A stretch of DNA of 40,167 nucleotides from Acidobacteriota bacterium (lineage in GTDB: Bacteria > Acidobacteriota > Vicinamibacteria > Vicinamibacterales > SCN-69-37), in contig SCUN01000023.1 of assembly GCA_004297655.1 (NCBI GenBank), positions 1 through 40,167 of the forward strand, in the 5' to 3' direction. The notes beneath the pieces were generated by a model that was not told the DNA's origin, ran no database searches, and was given only the letters and a program-made list of their open reading frames with translations. Positions 19,934-29,939 of this stretch are shown piece after piece. The position numbers were made by a program, and so were the translations under genes. Each line of letters opens with the position of its first letter. Position 1 is the first letter of the stretch.

Positions 19934-20461
19934 TTAGTCGTGCGGCCGGGGATCGCGGCGCTCGCCGCCGCGGCCGCGGCGTTCCCGGTCGAGCAGCGCC
20001 TGCAGCTTCGCGCGCTGTTCGACGGTCAACTGCTGGTTCATGCGGTAGAGCATCATGAACCACGTCTTGTTGTAGTTCGATCGCGCCGTCTCCATCCGAT
20101 CGATCTGGCGCAGGATGACCCACCGTTCGACCTTCGACTCGGCGATCAGCCGGTCGAGTTCCTTCCGCTCGCGTTCGACGCTGTCACGGTAGCCGGCCAT
20201 CTCATCCTTGGTCGAGGTGTAGATGTCGTCGATCGCCTTGGCCTGCTCGGGCGTCAGGCCGAGCTCCTTCTTGCTCTTCTCGTCGGCCCACCAAGGCGCC
20301 GGACGGGACGGGGGCTGGCCCTGCGGATTGGAGGGTTTGCCGGGGTTGCGGCCCGACTGGTTGGTCTGGGCGGCCGCCGGGCGTTGGGCCAGCAGAGGGC
20401 TGGCGGTGGCGGCCCCGAGGGCCGCGCAGGCGGCGAAGACTGACAAGCTCTTGAGAATCAT
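19934..20461 (-). CDS. Spy/CpxP-family periplasmic protein (LTXXQ motif)
   Basis: It has the signal peptide MILKSLSVFAACAALGAATA and two LTXXQ motifs (LTPEQAKAI, LTVEQRAKL). An alternative GTG start lies at 20479. Confidence 0.75.
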   Translation of the reverse strand: MILKSLSVFAACAALGAATASPLLAQRPAAAQTNQSGRNPGKPSNPQGQPPSRPAPWWADEKSKKELGLTPEQAKAIDDIYTSTKDEMAGYRDSVERERKELDRLIAESKVERWVILRQIDRMETARSNYNKTWFMMLYRMNQQLTVEQRAKLQALLDRERRGRGGERRDPRPHD

Positions 20462-20510
20462 AGACTTTCCGCCGATCACACCGGACTTACGATCCCGCGG
20501 GATAGGGCGT

Positions 20511-21701
20511 TTACCCCGCCAGCGCCTCGAGCCGACGAATCGTCTGGCCGACGAGGTTATTAGGGGTTGAGGCCCCGGCCGTCAGCCCGATGACCACCGG
20601 CCCCGACCGCGGGAGCCAGCCTTCGGTGACCGCCTCGTTGGTCTTGGCGGTCGAGGGTGAGCCGATCGGCCGGTGCCGGATCGACGTCTCGGAAACCAGG
20701 CAGCCAGGGTCGGCGATGTGGAACGTGGGCACCTTTTCGGCGCAAATCCGGGCCAGATTGCACGTGTTGCTGCTGTTGTAGCCGCCGATCACGACCATCA
20801 GATCGAGTCGTTCTTCCTTCAGCATCGCGAGCACGGCATCCTGACGTTCCTGGGTGGCGCTGCAGATCGTGTCGAACGCGCGGAACCGCGCCGCAAGCTC
20901 GGCATCGCCGTAGCGATCGCGGATCGCCGCGCGGAAGAGTTCACCGACCGCCAGCGACTCGCTCATCAGCATCGTCGTCTGGTTCGCGCAGCCGACGCGC
21001 TCGAGATGACGATCGGGATCGAAACCCTCGGACGCCGCCTGGCCGAACCGCGCGAGAAACGCCGCGCGATCGCCGCCGTGGCGGATGTAGTCGCAGACGG
21101 CATTGGCTTCCGCTTCGTCGAGGACGACGAGGAAGTGGCCGTTCGGAAATTGCGTCGCCTGCGATGCAGTCGCCCGGGTCTCTTCGTGCTGAACCTTGCC
21201 GTGGATGATCGACGTGAAGCCGTCCTCGGCGTACCGGCGGACGTTCTTCCAGACGTTGAGCACGGAGCCGCACGTCGTGTCCACGAGCGTGCAGCCGATC
21301 TTGTCGAGCGACGCGAGTTCGCCGATCGACACGCCGAAGGCCGGCAGGATCACCACGTCGTCGGGACCGAGCGACGAGCGATCGACGCCGGGGTCGGTCA
21401 AAAACTGGATGCCCTGCGCGCGGAGCCGGTCGTTCACGTGCGGGTTATGGATGATCTCGCCCGTGAGGACGACGCGCCGCTCCGGAAAGCGCTTGCGGGT
21501 CTGGTAGGCGTAGTCGACGGCGCGATCGACGCCGTAGCAGAAGCCGAATTCGCGGGCGAGGTGCAGCGTGAGGCGGCCCGTCGAGCGGACGAATCCCGAC
21601 GCGCGGATGTCATCGACGACGGCGCTGTCGTAGGACGCGGCGAGTTCCGCCGCGACGGCCTCCTTCATGTTGAGGCCCTTGCGGAAGATCAGCGAGGGCA
21701 C
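20511..21701 (-). CDS. ispH: 4-hydroxy-3-methylbut-2-enyl diphosphate reductase, long (plant/cyanobacterial-type) form
   Basis: It contains FGFCYGVDRAV, NPHVN and conserved Cys positions, with an N-terminal extension of about 50 aa. The GTG 21701 start lies 3 nt after the anti-sigma stop; an alternative ATG is at 21668. Confidence 0.9.
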   Translation of the reverse strand: MPSLIFRKGLNMKEAVAAELAASYDSAVVDDIRASGFVRSTGRLTLHLAREFGFCYGVDRAVDYAYQTRKRFPERRVVLTGEIIHNPHVNDRLRAQGIQFLTDPGVDRSSLGPDDVVILPAFGVSIGELASLDKIGCTLVDTTCGSVLNVWKNVRRYAEDGFTSIIHGKVQHEETRATASQATQFPNGHFLVVLDEAEANAVCDYIRHGGDRAAFLARFGQAASEGFDPDRHLERVGCANQTTMLMSESLAVGELFRAAIRDRYGDAELAARFRAFDTICSATQERQDAVLAMLKEERLDLMVVIGGYNSSNTCNLARICAEKVPTFHIADPGCLVSETSIRHRPIGSPSTAKTNEAVTEGWLPRSGPVVIGLTAGASTPNNLVGQTIRRLEALAG

Positions 21702-21704
21702 GCG

Positions 21705-22298
21705 TTAGCGGCCGCGCCCGGTGGTCGACGCTCGCGCGACGACGACCTGCGACGTCGTCAGGCTTTCGATCGCGCGCAGGGAGTTGAGCTGGAGCTGCTC
21801 GATCTCGCCGGGGAACGACTCCACGTCCGGCAGCGCAACGTCGCCGGCGGCCGGGCGAGCTTGCGCCGACTGCACCGGGGTCACGGCCGGCGGTTGCCAC
21901 ACGCTCAGACGGCCGGCGACCACGCCGAGGATCAAACACGCGGCCGCGATCGCGATCCACCCGGCGATGCTGTGCCGGACGGGGCCCGGCGTCTCCACCG
22001 TCAGGATGGCGGCGGGCGCCTTCGGGAAGGAGAGCAGCTTCGACGGACGGTCGATCTGTTCGAGCTTGCGGAGAATCTGCGACTGCTGGGCGGCCAGGCG
22101 CTCCGGCGTGAAGACCGCATCGGCGGCGTCCACGCCCAGGTGCTTCGTGTCTTCCAGCCACCGAGCCAACTCGAGCGCGCGCTCCGCGCAGAGGTCGCAG
22201 TGGTCCAGATGCGCCGGCCGGACGCCCGTGTACCAAGCGTCGGCGAGGGCATCGTCGGAAACATGTCCGCCGCGGAGAAGAGTGTCAGCGATTCGCAC
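21705..22298 (-). CDS. zinc-binding (ZAS-type) anti-sigma factor
   Basis: It has an H-x3-C-x2-C motif (HLDHCDLC) and a single TM (IAGWIAIAAACLILGVVAG). The GTG 22298 start overlaps the sigma stop by 14 nt. Confidence 0.7.
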   Translation of the reverse strand: MRIADTLLRGGHVSDDALADAWYTGVRPAHLDHCDLCAERALELARWLEDTKHLGVDAADAVFTPERLAAQQSQILRKLEQIDRPSKLLSFPKAPAAILTVETPGPVRHSIAGWIAIAAACLILGVVAGRLSVWQPPAVTPVQSAQARPAAGDVALPDVESFPGEIEQLQLNSLRAIESLTTSQVVVARASTTGRGR

Positions 22299-22947
22299 GT
22301 TGTTTGCTCCTGACAGGCGCCGCCCCCGGGTGAAGCAGCGACCGAAGCCGCCGGATCGCCCGGAAGAGGTGCACACGAACGGTCGATTCGTTGAGCCCCG
22401 TCATGGCGCTCACTTCCCTCGACGACCGGCCATCGAAATGGCTCAGCATAAAAATCAACCGCTGCCGTTCGGGCAGCCTGGCCAGCGCGGCATCCAGTTG
22501 CGCCCGGCGCTCGCCGGAGAGCAGCTGGTCTTCGGGGCTCGGACCGCGCGACGGCAGATACTCGGCCGGGTCGCGCTCGTTGCCCATCGCGTCAACCGGC
22601 GTGGGCGCCATCCAGCGTTCGCGCCGGCGCCGAGCCTTCAGCCGATCGAGGCATCCGTTGATCAGGATGCGGGTGAACCAGACCTCGAACGGCAGATCTT
22701 CCCGAAACGTGCCCAGGTGCAGGTACGACTTCACGAACGCATCCTGCACCGCTTCATCCGCATCGGCGGCGTCGCGCAGGTAGTGAAACGCGATGCGCAC
22801 CGCCCGCCGCTGATGCCGCCCGACGAGTTCAGAGAACCGTTCGCGGGCTTCGTCGGTCCGTCCCGCGGCCTGCATGGCCTTGACGTCGATCGCCACCAGG
22901 GCGTCGGCTTCGCGGGTCGTCAGGGGCGGCGGACTGACTTCTGTCAT
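22285..22947 (-). CDS. ECF (sigma-70 group 4) RNA polymerase sigma factor
   Basis: Region 2 (VQDAFVKSYLHLGTFREDLPFEVWFTRILIN) and region 4 (LPERQRLIFMLSHFDGRSSREVSAMTGLNESTVRVHLFRA) are both present. Confidence 0.9.
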   Translation of the reverse strand: MTEVSPPPLTTREADALVAIDVKAMQAAGRTDEARERFSELVGRHQRRAVRIAFHYLRDAADADEAVQDAFVKSYLHLGTFREDLPFEVWFTRILINGCLDRLKARRRRERWMAPTPVDAMGNERDPAEYLPSRGPSPEDQLLSGERRAQLDAALARLPERQRLIFMLSHFDGRSSREVSAMTGLNESTVRVHLFRAIRRLRSLLHPGAAPVRSKQRANR

Positions 22948-22973
22948 GGGATACGTCCGCTGGGCGGACGCGT

Positions 22974-23996
22974 TTACGGGAGTTTAACACTCAGGGTCCG
23001 AAGGCGGGCTCCGGGGAAGTACGTGGCGAGGATCTCGGACGCCTCGACGCCGCGCCGGGCGCGGGCGAGCGCGCCGACCTGGCAGAGGCCAATACCGTGC
23101 CCAAACCCGCTGCCGCTCAACACGTAGTCGGCGCCGTTGGCGGCCCGGGACATGCGAAAGCGGGTGCTCATCATGGCGCGAGCGCCCAGCCTTTTGTTCA
23201 CGGCGTTGCGAAAATCGTCGCTGCGCAACGTGACGCGGCGATCGCCGTTGATCGTCACCCGCGACACGCGGCCGCTGCTGTCGGTGTCGGCGAGGACGAC
23301 GCTTTTCAGCGTGTCGCCGATGGACGTTCGCTCATCCGCGTCGAGTGCCTTGATGAGGTCGAAGCGCGTCAGCGTGAGCGACCATGTCCGGTGCGTCAAC
23401 GCCGGCACGTCGTCAGGTTCCGGGCGGAGGTAGGGGAGTCCGGTCGAACCCCAGACCTGTTCGGGCGAGGTCGTGTGGCCGCCGCAGTCGGCGTGAAACA
23501 GCGCGTCGATCGGCGACGCGCCGTAGGTGAGCACTTCGCCGGCTGTTCGGGCGGCCGCGCGGCGCGCGTCGGCCGAGAAGCGCGACGAGGCCAGCCGCGC
23601 CGGCTCGTAGAGCTGACAGTGCGTCGTGTCGCAGAGATCGAAGCCCTCGGCGCGGTGGCGTCCCAGGTGCGCGAGCGCGTAACTTCTCGCGACGATGGTC
23701 TGCACGTCGTACATGCGCGCGATCGTCTCGGCCGATTCGCCCACGGGCGTGATCTCGGAGAGCGCGGTCGCGGCGACGTAGTCCTCGAGCGCCACGGTCA
23801 CGATCCGGCCGGCCACTCTTACACGAATCTCCGGGGCGGTCTGCACCGCCGGCGCCGCCGGGCTCACTGCGGGCGCGGGACGTTGCCCGCCGCACGCCGC
23901 GCCCATTGCCGATAGCACGATCGCCGATCGACATAGCCAATTGCCCGATCGCCGATGGCCGATCGGAAACCGGCCGATACCTCGCTCAGAACTCAC
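22974..23996 (-). CDS. SpoIID/LytB domain protein
   Basis: It contains ARSYALAH, LFHADCGGHT and GFGHGIGLCQVGA motifs. The start is uncertain: the track start is a GTG inside the loop of the 22-bp inverted repeat. Confidence 0.8.
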   Translation of the reverse strand: MSSERGIGRFPIGHRRSGNWLCRSAIVLSAMGAACGGQRPAPAVSPAAPAVQTAPEIRVRVAGRIVTVALEDYVAATALSEITPVGESAETIARMYDVQTIVARSYALAHLGRHRAEGFDLCDTTHCQLYEPARLASSRFSADARRAAARTAGEVLTYGASPIDALFHADCGGHTTSPEQVWGSTGLPYLRPEPDDVPALTHRTWSLTLTRFDLIKALDADERTSIGDTLKSVVLADTDSSGRVSRVTINGDRRVTLRSDDFRNAVNKRLGARAMMSTRFRMSRAANGADYVLSGSGFGHGIGLCQVGALARARRGVEASEILATYFPGARLRTLSVKLP

Positions 23997-24019
23997 AAGC
24001 GAGGTATCGGCCGGTTTCC
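23965..24019. repeat. perfect 22-bp inverted repeat with an 11-nt spacer in the divergent spoIID / histidine-kinase region
   Basis: GGAAACCGGCCGATACCTCGCT (23965..23986) and AGCGAGGTATCGGCCGGTTTCC (23998..24019) are exact reverse complements. Confidence 0.9.
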
Positions 24020-24043
24020 TTGTTAGTCTTATGGCCGTTTGCG

Positions 24044-26446
24044 ATGACCGAGCCCGTCCTGATTGTTGACGACGACCCGTTCGTGCTGGGTCTGCTCACC
24101 CACGTTGGCGAAACACGCGGCATGGATGTCGTCGGCGTTCGCACGCCGGAGGAAGCGGACGCGGCGATGGCCGCGCGGCCCTTCGCCGTCGTCGTCGTGG
24201 ACTTGCTGCTCGGCGAGACGTCGGGACTCGACCTGGTCAAGCGATTGCGCCAGCGCGACATTTCGATCGAGACGGTGGTCATCTCCGCCGACCGCCGCTT
24301 GTCGAGCGCGCTCGAGAGCTTCGAACAGGAAGTGTTCGCGTTTCTGCCGAAGCCGCTCGACCCCGCGCACGTGTTTTCGACGGTCGAGCGCGCGATGGAG
24401 CGGCGCCGCGAAGGACTCGAGCGGCGCCGGCTGACCTGGGAGCTGGAACTGCTCAATAAAGTCGCCGAGATCGTCACCTCGTCGCTCGAGCTCGACGCCG
24501 TGCTGGAGCGTGCCGTCGAGCGCGTCGGCGCGGCGTTCGACGCGCGGTGGGCGCTTGTCCGCGTGACGCCGCTCGACGGCGGGCCGCCGACCGTGCGCGC
24601 CGCGCTCGGGATCCCGCGGGACCGGCTGCAGGCGGTGTACGCGGAGAAACAGGGCCCGCTGCCGAGCGATGTCGTCTTCGACACCGGCCAGCCGCTGCGC
24701 GTCGCCGAAAAGAACTCGCAGGGCTACGCGTCGCGCCTGCCGCCGACCGAGTGGACATCGACGATCTCCGTGCCGGTCACGGCCGGCGACGCGCTGCTCG
24801 GCGTGTTGACGCTGGTCTCGCAGACGCGCCCGGCGTTCTCGGACGCCGACGAGAAGCTGCTGATGACGATCGGCCGCCAGTTTGGCGTGGCGGTGTCGAA
24901 CGCGCAGCTGTACGAACGCGTCCATCGCGCCAAGGTCGAGTGGGAACGCACGTTCGACGCCATCAGCGACCCGATCGCGGTCTTCGATGGCGCCGGCCGG
25001 ACGATGCGCGCGAACGCGGCGATGGCGTCGATTCACGGGTGGCGCATCACCGAGACCCAGGGCCGCAAGTGTGATGAGACGGGGCTGTGCGGCGGCGGCG
25101 CCAACTGTCTCGTGCGCCGCGCGCTCGACTCCGGGCAGGCGCAGTCGGCCGAGATCATCGGCGCCGATCGCCGGATCTTCGCGGTGACGACGCTGCCCGT
25201 GGCGGGGCAGGACGCGGCGGTGCTCTTCGCGAAGGAAGTGACCGAGGACCGGCAGCGCGCGCGCCAGCTGCGCGAGTTGAGCGCCGAGGTGACCCAGACC
25301 AACGCCGAGTTGAACGTGACGGTCGAGCGGCTGCGCGCGACCCAGGCGCAGCTCGTGCAGAGCGAGAAGCTCTCGGCGATCGGCCAGCTCGTGGCCGGCG
25401 TGGCGCACGAGTTGAACAACCCGCTGACGAGCATCATCGGCTACACGCAGCTCGTGCAGGAGGCGATCAGCCAGAATCCGGCGTGGGAGTCGTCGGCGGC
25501 CGGCATGCTCGACGATATCAACCGGGTCCTGTCGGAGTCGGAGCGCGCCGCGCGCATCGTGCGCAACCTGCTGACGTTTGCGCGCCGGCAGTCGTCGGAG
25601 CGGACGCGCACGGACGTCTCGGACCTGTGCAAACGCGTGCTGGCCCTGCGCGCCTACGATCATCAACTGCGCGGCGTGAAGATCGCCGCGACCTTCGCCG
25701 AGGGACTGCCGCCGGTCTACGTCGATGACGGGCAGATCCAGCAGGCGCTCCTGAACCTCGTGCTCAACGCCGAACAGGCGATGAAGGGCCAGAACGCACC
25801 GGAACTCGGCTTGACCGCGATCGCCGAGCCGGAATCGAGTTCCGTGCTCGTCAGCGTGTCGGATAACGGCCATGGCATCGCGCCGGAGAACCTGTCACGC
25901 GTGTTCGATCCGTTCTTCACCACGCGCGGCGTCGGCGAAGGCACCGGGCTCGGCCTGAGCATCGTGTACGGCATCGTGCGCGATCACGGCGGGCAAGTGT
26001 GGGCGGCGAGCGGCGCGGATGATCGGACGACGTTCTTCGTGCGGCTGCCGGCGCGCTTCGATCACGAGCCGGCGGCGTCGCGGCCGACCGCCATCGTCGC
26101 GCACGCCGATTCCGGCTCGCGCGATTTCTTCCTCGCCGTGCTGTCGGGCTGGGGCTACTCGGTGCGGTCGGCCGCGAATTCGCGCGAGGCGCTCGCGCAC
26201 GTGGCCGCGGGCGAGTGCCAGTTGTTGCTGATCGATCCGGCGATCGTCGAAACGGATGTGCCGAGCTGGCGCGCGGCGTGGCCCGACGCCGCCGGCGCGA
26301 TCGCGATGGTCGCGATCGACGCGCCGCATGTGCCGGGCGAGGCCGCGCGTTTCCTGCGCGACGCGGCGTCGTACGTGCTGGCGCCGCCGTTCGACCTGCC
26401 GAATATTCGGCGGGCCGTACTTGCGGCGCGCGGCCCCGCATCTTAA
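24044..26446 (+). CDS. hybrid sensor histidine kinase (REC-GAF-PAS-HisKA-HATPase_c plus a C-terminal receiver-like domain)
   Basis: It has an N-terminal receiver ([10 protein letters not shown]...VVVDLLL), a GAF-like segment and a PAS segment ([16 protein letters not shown]). The H-box is [10 protein letters not shown], with G1 DNGHGI and G2 GTGLGLS. ATG 24044 is the first start after the inverted repeat. Confidence 0.9.
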   Translation: MTEPVLIVDDDPFVLGLLTHVGETRGMDVVGVRTPEEADAAMAARPFAVVVVDLLLGETSGLDLVKRLRQRDISIETVVISADRRLSSALESFEQEVFAFLPKPLDPAHVFSTVERAMERRREGLERRRLTWELELLNKVAEIVTSSLELDAVLERAVERVGAAFDARWALVRVTPLDGGPPTVRAALGIPRDRLQAVYAEKQGPLPSDVVFDTGQPLRVAEKNSQGYASRLPPTEWTSTISVPVTAGDALLGVLTLVSQTRPAFSDADEKLLMTIGRQFGVAVSNAQLYERVHRAKVEWERTFDAISDPIAVFDGAGRTMRANAAMASIHGWRITETQGRKCDETGLCGGGANCLVRRALDSGQAQSAEIIGADRRIFAVTTLPVAGQDAAVLFAKEVTEDRQRARQLRELSAEVTQTNAELNVTVERLRATQAQLVQSEKLSAIGQLVAGVAHELNNPLTSIIGYTQLVQEAISQNPAWESSAAGMLDDINRVLSESERAARIVRNLLTFARRQSSERTRTDVSDLCKRVLALRAYDHQLRGVKIAATFAEGLPPVYVDDGQIQQALLNLVLNAEQAMKGQNAPELGLTAIAEPESSSVLVSVSDNGHGIAPENLSRVFDPFFTTRGVGEGTGLGLSIVYGIVRDHGGQVWAASGADDRTTFFVRLPARFDHEPAASRPTAIVAHADSGSRDFFLAVLSGWGYSVRSAANSREALAHVAAGECQLLLIDPAIVETDVPSWRAAWPDAAGAIAMVAIDAPHVPGEAARFLRDAASYVLAPPFDLPNIRRAVLAARGPAS

Positions 26447-26453
26447 AATTAGC

Positions 26454-26477
26454 CGTTTGGCCTCGTCTGGCCGAACG
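26454..26477 (+). terminator. weak hairpin after the kinase stop (possible terminator or attenuator)
   Basis: CGTTTGGCC / GGCCGAACG form a 9-bp stem with one G-U pair and a 6-nt loop, but no T-run follows. Confidence 0.25.
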
Positions 26478-26492
26478 CTGCAGGGAGTCGAC

Positions 26493-28088
26493 ATGTCACA
26501 GGGAGATCGGAAGGTTGGCCTGGGCGCGGTGGGCATCACGCGCACGGCTGGTGAACACTGGAATCTCAGCGCCGCGGCGCTCTACGAAGAAGCGTTGCGC
26601 GCCGGCGAAGGACAACTCTCGAAGGACGGCGCCCTCGTGTGCAGCACCGGCAAATACACCGGCCGCTCGCCGAACGACAAGTTCGTCGTCAAGGAAGCCT
26701 CGAGCGAGAAGAACATCGACTGGGGCAAGGTCAACAAGCCGTTCGATTCCGCGAAGTTCGACGCGCTGCACAAGCGCATGACGGCCTACGCCGCCGGCAA
26801 GAATTTGTTCGTGCTCGATGGCTACGCCGGCGCGGATCCCGCGTACCGCCTGCCGGTCCGCATCATCACCGAAATGGCGTGGCACAGCCTCTTCGTGCGC
26901 AACATGTTCATTCCGGTCACCGACCCGGCCGAGCAGCTCGCGCACCAGCCGGAATTCACCGTCATCGACATCCCCAGCTTCAAGGCGGATCCGGCGATCG
27001 ACGGCACCAACTCCGAGACCTTCATCCTGCTGAGCTTCGACCGCAAGCTCGTGCTCATCGGCGGCACACAGTACGCCGGGGAAATGAAGAAGGGCATCTT
27101 CACGGTCATGAACTACCTGCTCCCGCTCCGCGACACGATGCCGATGCACTGCTCGGCGAACGTGGGCACGGCGGGCGACGTGGCCCTCTTCTTCGGCTTG
27201 TCCGGCACCGGCAAGACGACGCTTTCGAGCGACACGCACCGCGGGCTCATCGGCGACGACGAGCACGGCTGGAGCGCGGACGGCGTCTTCAACTTCGAAG
27301 GCGGCTGCTACGCGAAGACGATCAAGCTCTCGGCGGAAGCCGAGCCGCAGATCTACGCGACGACGAAGCGCTTCGGGACCGTGCTCGAAAACGTCGTGAT
27401 GGATCCGATCACGCGCGTCGTGGACTTCGACGACGCGTCGAAGACGGAGAACACGCGCTGCTCGTATCCGCTGAGCTACATCGAGAACTCCGTGCCGAGC
27501 GGCCGCGCCGGCCACCCGGCCAACGTCGTGATGCTGACGGCCGACGCCTTCGGCGTGCTGCCACCCATCGCGCGGCTGTCGCCCGACGCGGCGCAGTATC
27601 ACTTCCTCTCGGGCTACACCGCGAAGGTCGCGGGCACCGAGCGCGGCGTGACCGAACCGACGCCGATCTTCAGCACCTGCTTCGGCGCGCCGTTCATGGT
27701 GTGGGATCCGAACGTCTACGCGAAGCTGCTCGGCGATCGCATTGCGAAGCACCAGGCGCGCGTGTGGCTGGTCAACACCGGCTGGACCGGCGGCCCGTAC
27801 GGCGTCGGCTCGCGCATGAAGATCGCCTACACGCGCGCGATGATCAACGCGGCGCTCTCCGGCCAGCTCGACAAGGTGGCCTACGAACGGGACCCGATCT
27901 TTAATCTCGACGTCCCGACGTCGTGCCCGGGCGTGCCGGCCGATGTGCTGATGCCGAAGAACACGTGGAAAGACAAGGCCGCCTACGACGCGCAGGCCCG
28001 GAAACTCGCCGCGATGTTCATCGAGAACTTCAAGCGATTCGAAGCCACCGCGAAGCCCGAAGTGAAAGCCGCCGGCCCGAAGGCATAG
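26493..28088 (+). CDS. pckA: phosphoenolpyruvate carboxykinase (ATP)
   Basis: It contains [25 protein letters not shown] and the P-loop GLSGTGKTT. An AGGGAG Shine-Dalgarno lies 5 nt upstream of ATG 26493. Confidence 0.95.
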   Translation: MSQGDRKVGLGAVGITRTAGEHWNLSAAALYEEALRAGEGQLSKDGALVCSTGKYTGRSPNDKFVVKEASSEKNIDWGKVNKPFDSAKFDALHKRMTAYAAGKNLFVLDGYAGADPAYRLPVRIITEMAWHSLFVRNMFIPVTDPAEQLAHQPEFTVIDIPSFKADPAIDGTNSETFILLSFDRKLVLIGGTQYAGEMKKGIFTVMNYLLPLRDTMPMHCSANVGTAGDVALFFGLSGTGKTTLSSDTHRGLIGDDEHGWSADGVFNFEGGCYAKTIKLSAEAEPQIYATTKRFGTVLENVVMDPITRVVDFDDASKTENTRCSYPLSYIENSVPSGRAGHPANVVMLTADAFGVLPPIARLSPDAAQYHFLSGYTAKVAGTERGVTEPTPIFSTCFGAPFMVWDPNVYAKLLGDRIAKHQARVWLVNTGWTGGPYGVGSRMKIAYTRAMINAALSGQLDKVAYERDPIFNLDVPTSCPGVPADVLMPKNTWKDKAAYDAQARKLAAMFIENFKRFEATAKPEVKAAGPKA

Positions 28089-28100
28089 ACAAAGCATTCA

Positions 28101-28128
28101 CCATGGAGTTCCATGGAGCTCCATGGTG
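28101..28128. repeat. 2.8 tandem copies of the 10-nt unit CCATGGAG(T/C)T at the gatB start
   Basis: The sequence reads CCATGGAGTT CCATGGAGCT CCATGGTG. ATGs at 28103, 28113 and 28123 fall in the three different frames. Confidence 0.85.
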
Positions 28129-29582
28129 GAATAGCTGTTGTGTCGTACGTTCCCGTTATTGGTCTTGAGATTCACGCGCAGCTGCTGACTGCGACGAAGA
28201 TTTTTTGCGGCTGCCGGACGTCGTTCGGCGCGCCGCCGAACACGAACGTCTGCCCGGTCTGCCTCGGCCTGCCCGGCGCGCTGCCTGTCCTGAACCGGCG
28301 CGCGGTGGATCTGGCCGTCCGCGCGGCGCTCGCCCTCGAGTGCCAGGTGCATCACACGTCGGTGTTCGCGCGGAAGAACTACTTCTACCCGGACCTGCCC
28401 AAGGGCTATCAGATTTCGCAGTACGAACAGCCGCTGGCGACGGGCGGCCGGCTGCGGCTCTCAAGCGGGAAGTACATCCGGATCACCCGCATCCACATGG
28501 AAGAGGACGCCGGAAAGTCGCTCCACGGCCTGGCCGACTCGGCGTCGCACACGCACATCGATCTCAATCGCGCCGGCACGCCGCTGATCGAGATCGTCAG
28601 CGAGCCCGACGTGCGTTCGGCGGCCGAGGCCGCGGAGTACTTCAGCCGGATGCGCGAGCTGCTCGTGTCGATCGGCGCCTGCGACGGCAACATGGAAGAG
28701 GGCAGCCTGCGCTGCGACGCCAACGTCTCGATTCGCGCCGACGAGTCGGCGCCGTTCGGCACGCGCACGGAGACGAAGAACGTCAACTCGTTCCGGTTTC
28801 TCGAGCAGGCGATCGCGTTCGAGATCGACCGGCAAATCGACGTGGTGTCGTCCGGCGGCACCGTCATCCAGGAAACGCGTCTGTTCGACAACGCGACGGG
28901 CCGCACCGAGTCGATGCGCAGCAAGGAAGACGCGCACGACTACCGCTATTTCCCGGAGCCGGATCTGGCGCCGCTCGTCGTGACCGAGGCGTGGGTCGAG
29001 GCGGCGCGCGCCGCGCTGCCGGAACTGCCGGACGCGAAGACCGCCCGCTTCGTCTCGGCCTACGGGTTGAGCGACTACGACGCCAACCTGCTCGTGCGCC
29101 TGATTCCCGGCGGTGCGGATTATTTCGAGGCGACGGTCGCCGCAGGGGCCTCGGCCAAGGGTGCCAGCAACTGGATCCTGGGTGAGTTGCGCCGGATCCT
29201 GAAGGACGCCGGCGGCGATGACATGACGGCCGTGCCGGTCGAACCCATTCGTCTGTCCGAGCTGATCGTGCTGGCCGAGACCGACGTCATCAGCAGCACC
29301 GTCGCCAAGGATGTGCTTTCGAAAATGTGGGTCTCGGGCCGCGGCGCGAAGGCGATCGTGGACGCCGAAGGGCTGGCGCAGGTCGGCGACTCGGCCGCGC
29401 TCCAGGCGGCGATCGGGGCGGTGCTGGCCGAGAACGCCGATGCTGTCGCTCAGTATCGTGCGGGAAAATCCGCAGCCTTCGGTTTCCTGGTCGGCCAGGC
29501 CATGAAAGCCATGAAGGGGAAGGCCAATCCCAAGGCGATCAACGCACTTCTGAAAAGTGAGCTGGAGAAGATTCCGAATTGA
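28113..29582 (+). CDS. gatB: Asp-tRNA(Asn)/Glu-tRNA(Gln) amidotransferase subunit B
   Basis: It contains VIGLEIHAQL, PNTNVCPVCLGLPGALPVLN and a C-terminal GatB/YqeY domain. GTG 28137 is an alternative start. Confidence 0.95.
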   Translation: MELHGGIAVVSYVPVIGLEIHAQLLTATKIFCGCRTSFGAPPNTNVCPVCLGLPGALPVLNRRAVDLAVRAALALECQVHHTSVFARKNYFYPDLPKGYQISQYEQPLATGGRLRLSSGKYIRITRIHMEEDAGKSLHGLADSASHTHIDLNRAGTPLIEIVSEPDVRSAAEAAEYFSRMRELLVSIGACDGNMEEGSLRCDANVSIRADESAPFGTRTETKNVNSFRFLEQAIAFEIDRQIDVVSSGGTVIQETRLFDNATGRTESMRSKEDAHDYRYFPEPDLAPLVVTEAWVEAARAALPELPDAKTARFVSAYGLSDYDANLLVRLIPGGADYFEATVAAGASAKGASNWILGELRRILKDAGGDDMTAVPVEPIRLSELIVLAETDVISSTVAKDVLSKMWVSGRGAKAIVDAEGLAQVGDSAALQAAIGAVLAENADAVAQYRAGKSAAFGFLVGQAMKAMKGKANPKAINALLKSELEKIPN

Positions 29583-29624
29583 CACGCCGATTTGACATGC
29601 CTACACTGAGTTTGCTCAGCGTTC

Positions 29625-29939
29625 ATGTCCGGCCTGAAACGCCTTTCGAGTTTCCCCGACCTCACAGCCTCTCACCTCGTGGTGGAGTCTCCGTGTGAAT
29701 GTCTCGCGGATTTCTTCCGCCGGGAGATCGTCAAACACCAGCTCTGCCTCGAACGCCAACGCGAATACTACTCAGACGTGGCGATCCGGCAGGCCGAGCA
29801 AGCGCTGATGCGCACGCTCGAGCAGGTCGAATGTCTCTGCAAGCGCGCCGACGCCACCCAGGTCATCGGCGAACTCCTCCAGAAGTTTGACGCCGTCACC
29901 AACCTTTCAGCTTTCACCGATCTCCAACATCTTCACTAA
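29625..29939 (+). CDS. hypothetical Cys-containing helical protein (no family recognised)
   Basis: The 104-aa ORF has CEC, C and CLC cysteines and visibly lower GC3 than its neighbours. No clear Shine-Dalgarno is present. Confidence 0.45.
   Translation: MSGLKRLSSFPDLTASHLVVESPCECLADFFRREIVKHQLCLERQREYYSDVAIRQAEQALMRTLEQVECLCKRADATQVIGELLQKFDAVTNLSAFTDLQHLH

Noticed and set aside
22953-22969. A 7-bp hairpin CGTCCGC-TGG-GCGGACG lies between the spoIID stop and the ECF sigma start.
   Set aside because: The stem is short and has no U-run. It may modulate read-through, but the evidence is too weak to call it a terminator.
29592-29620. A TTGACA hexamer and a 5-bp CTGAG/CTCAG stem lie between gatB and the 104-aa ORF.
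   Set aside because: No acceptable -10 hexamer lies at 16-18 nt spacing, and the stem is too short.
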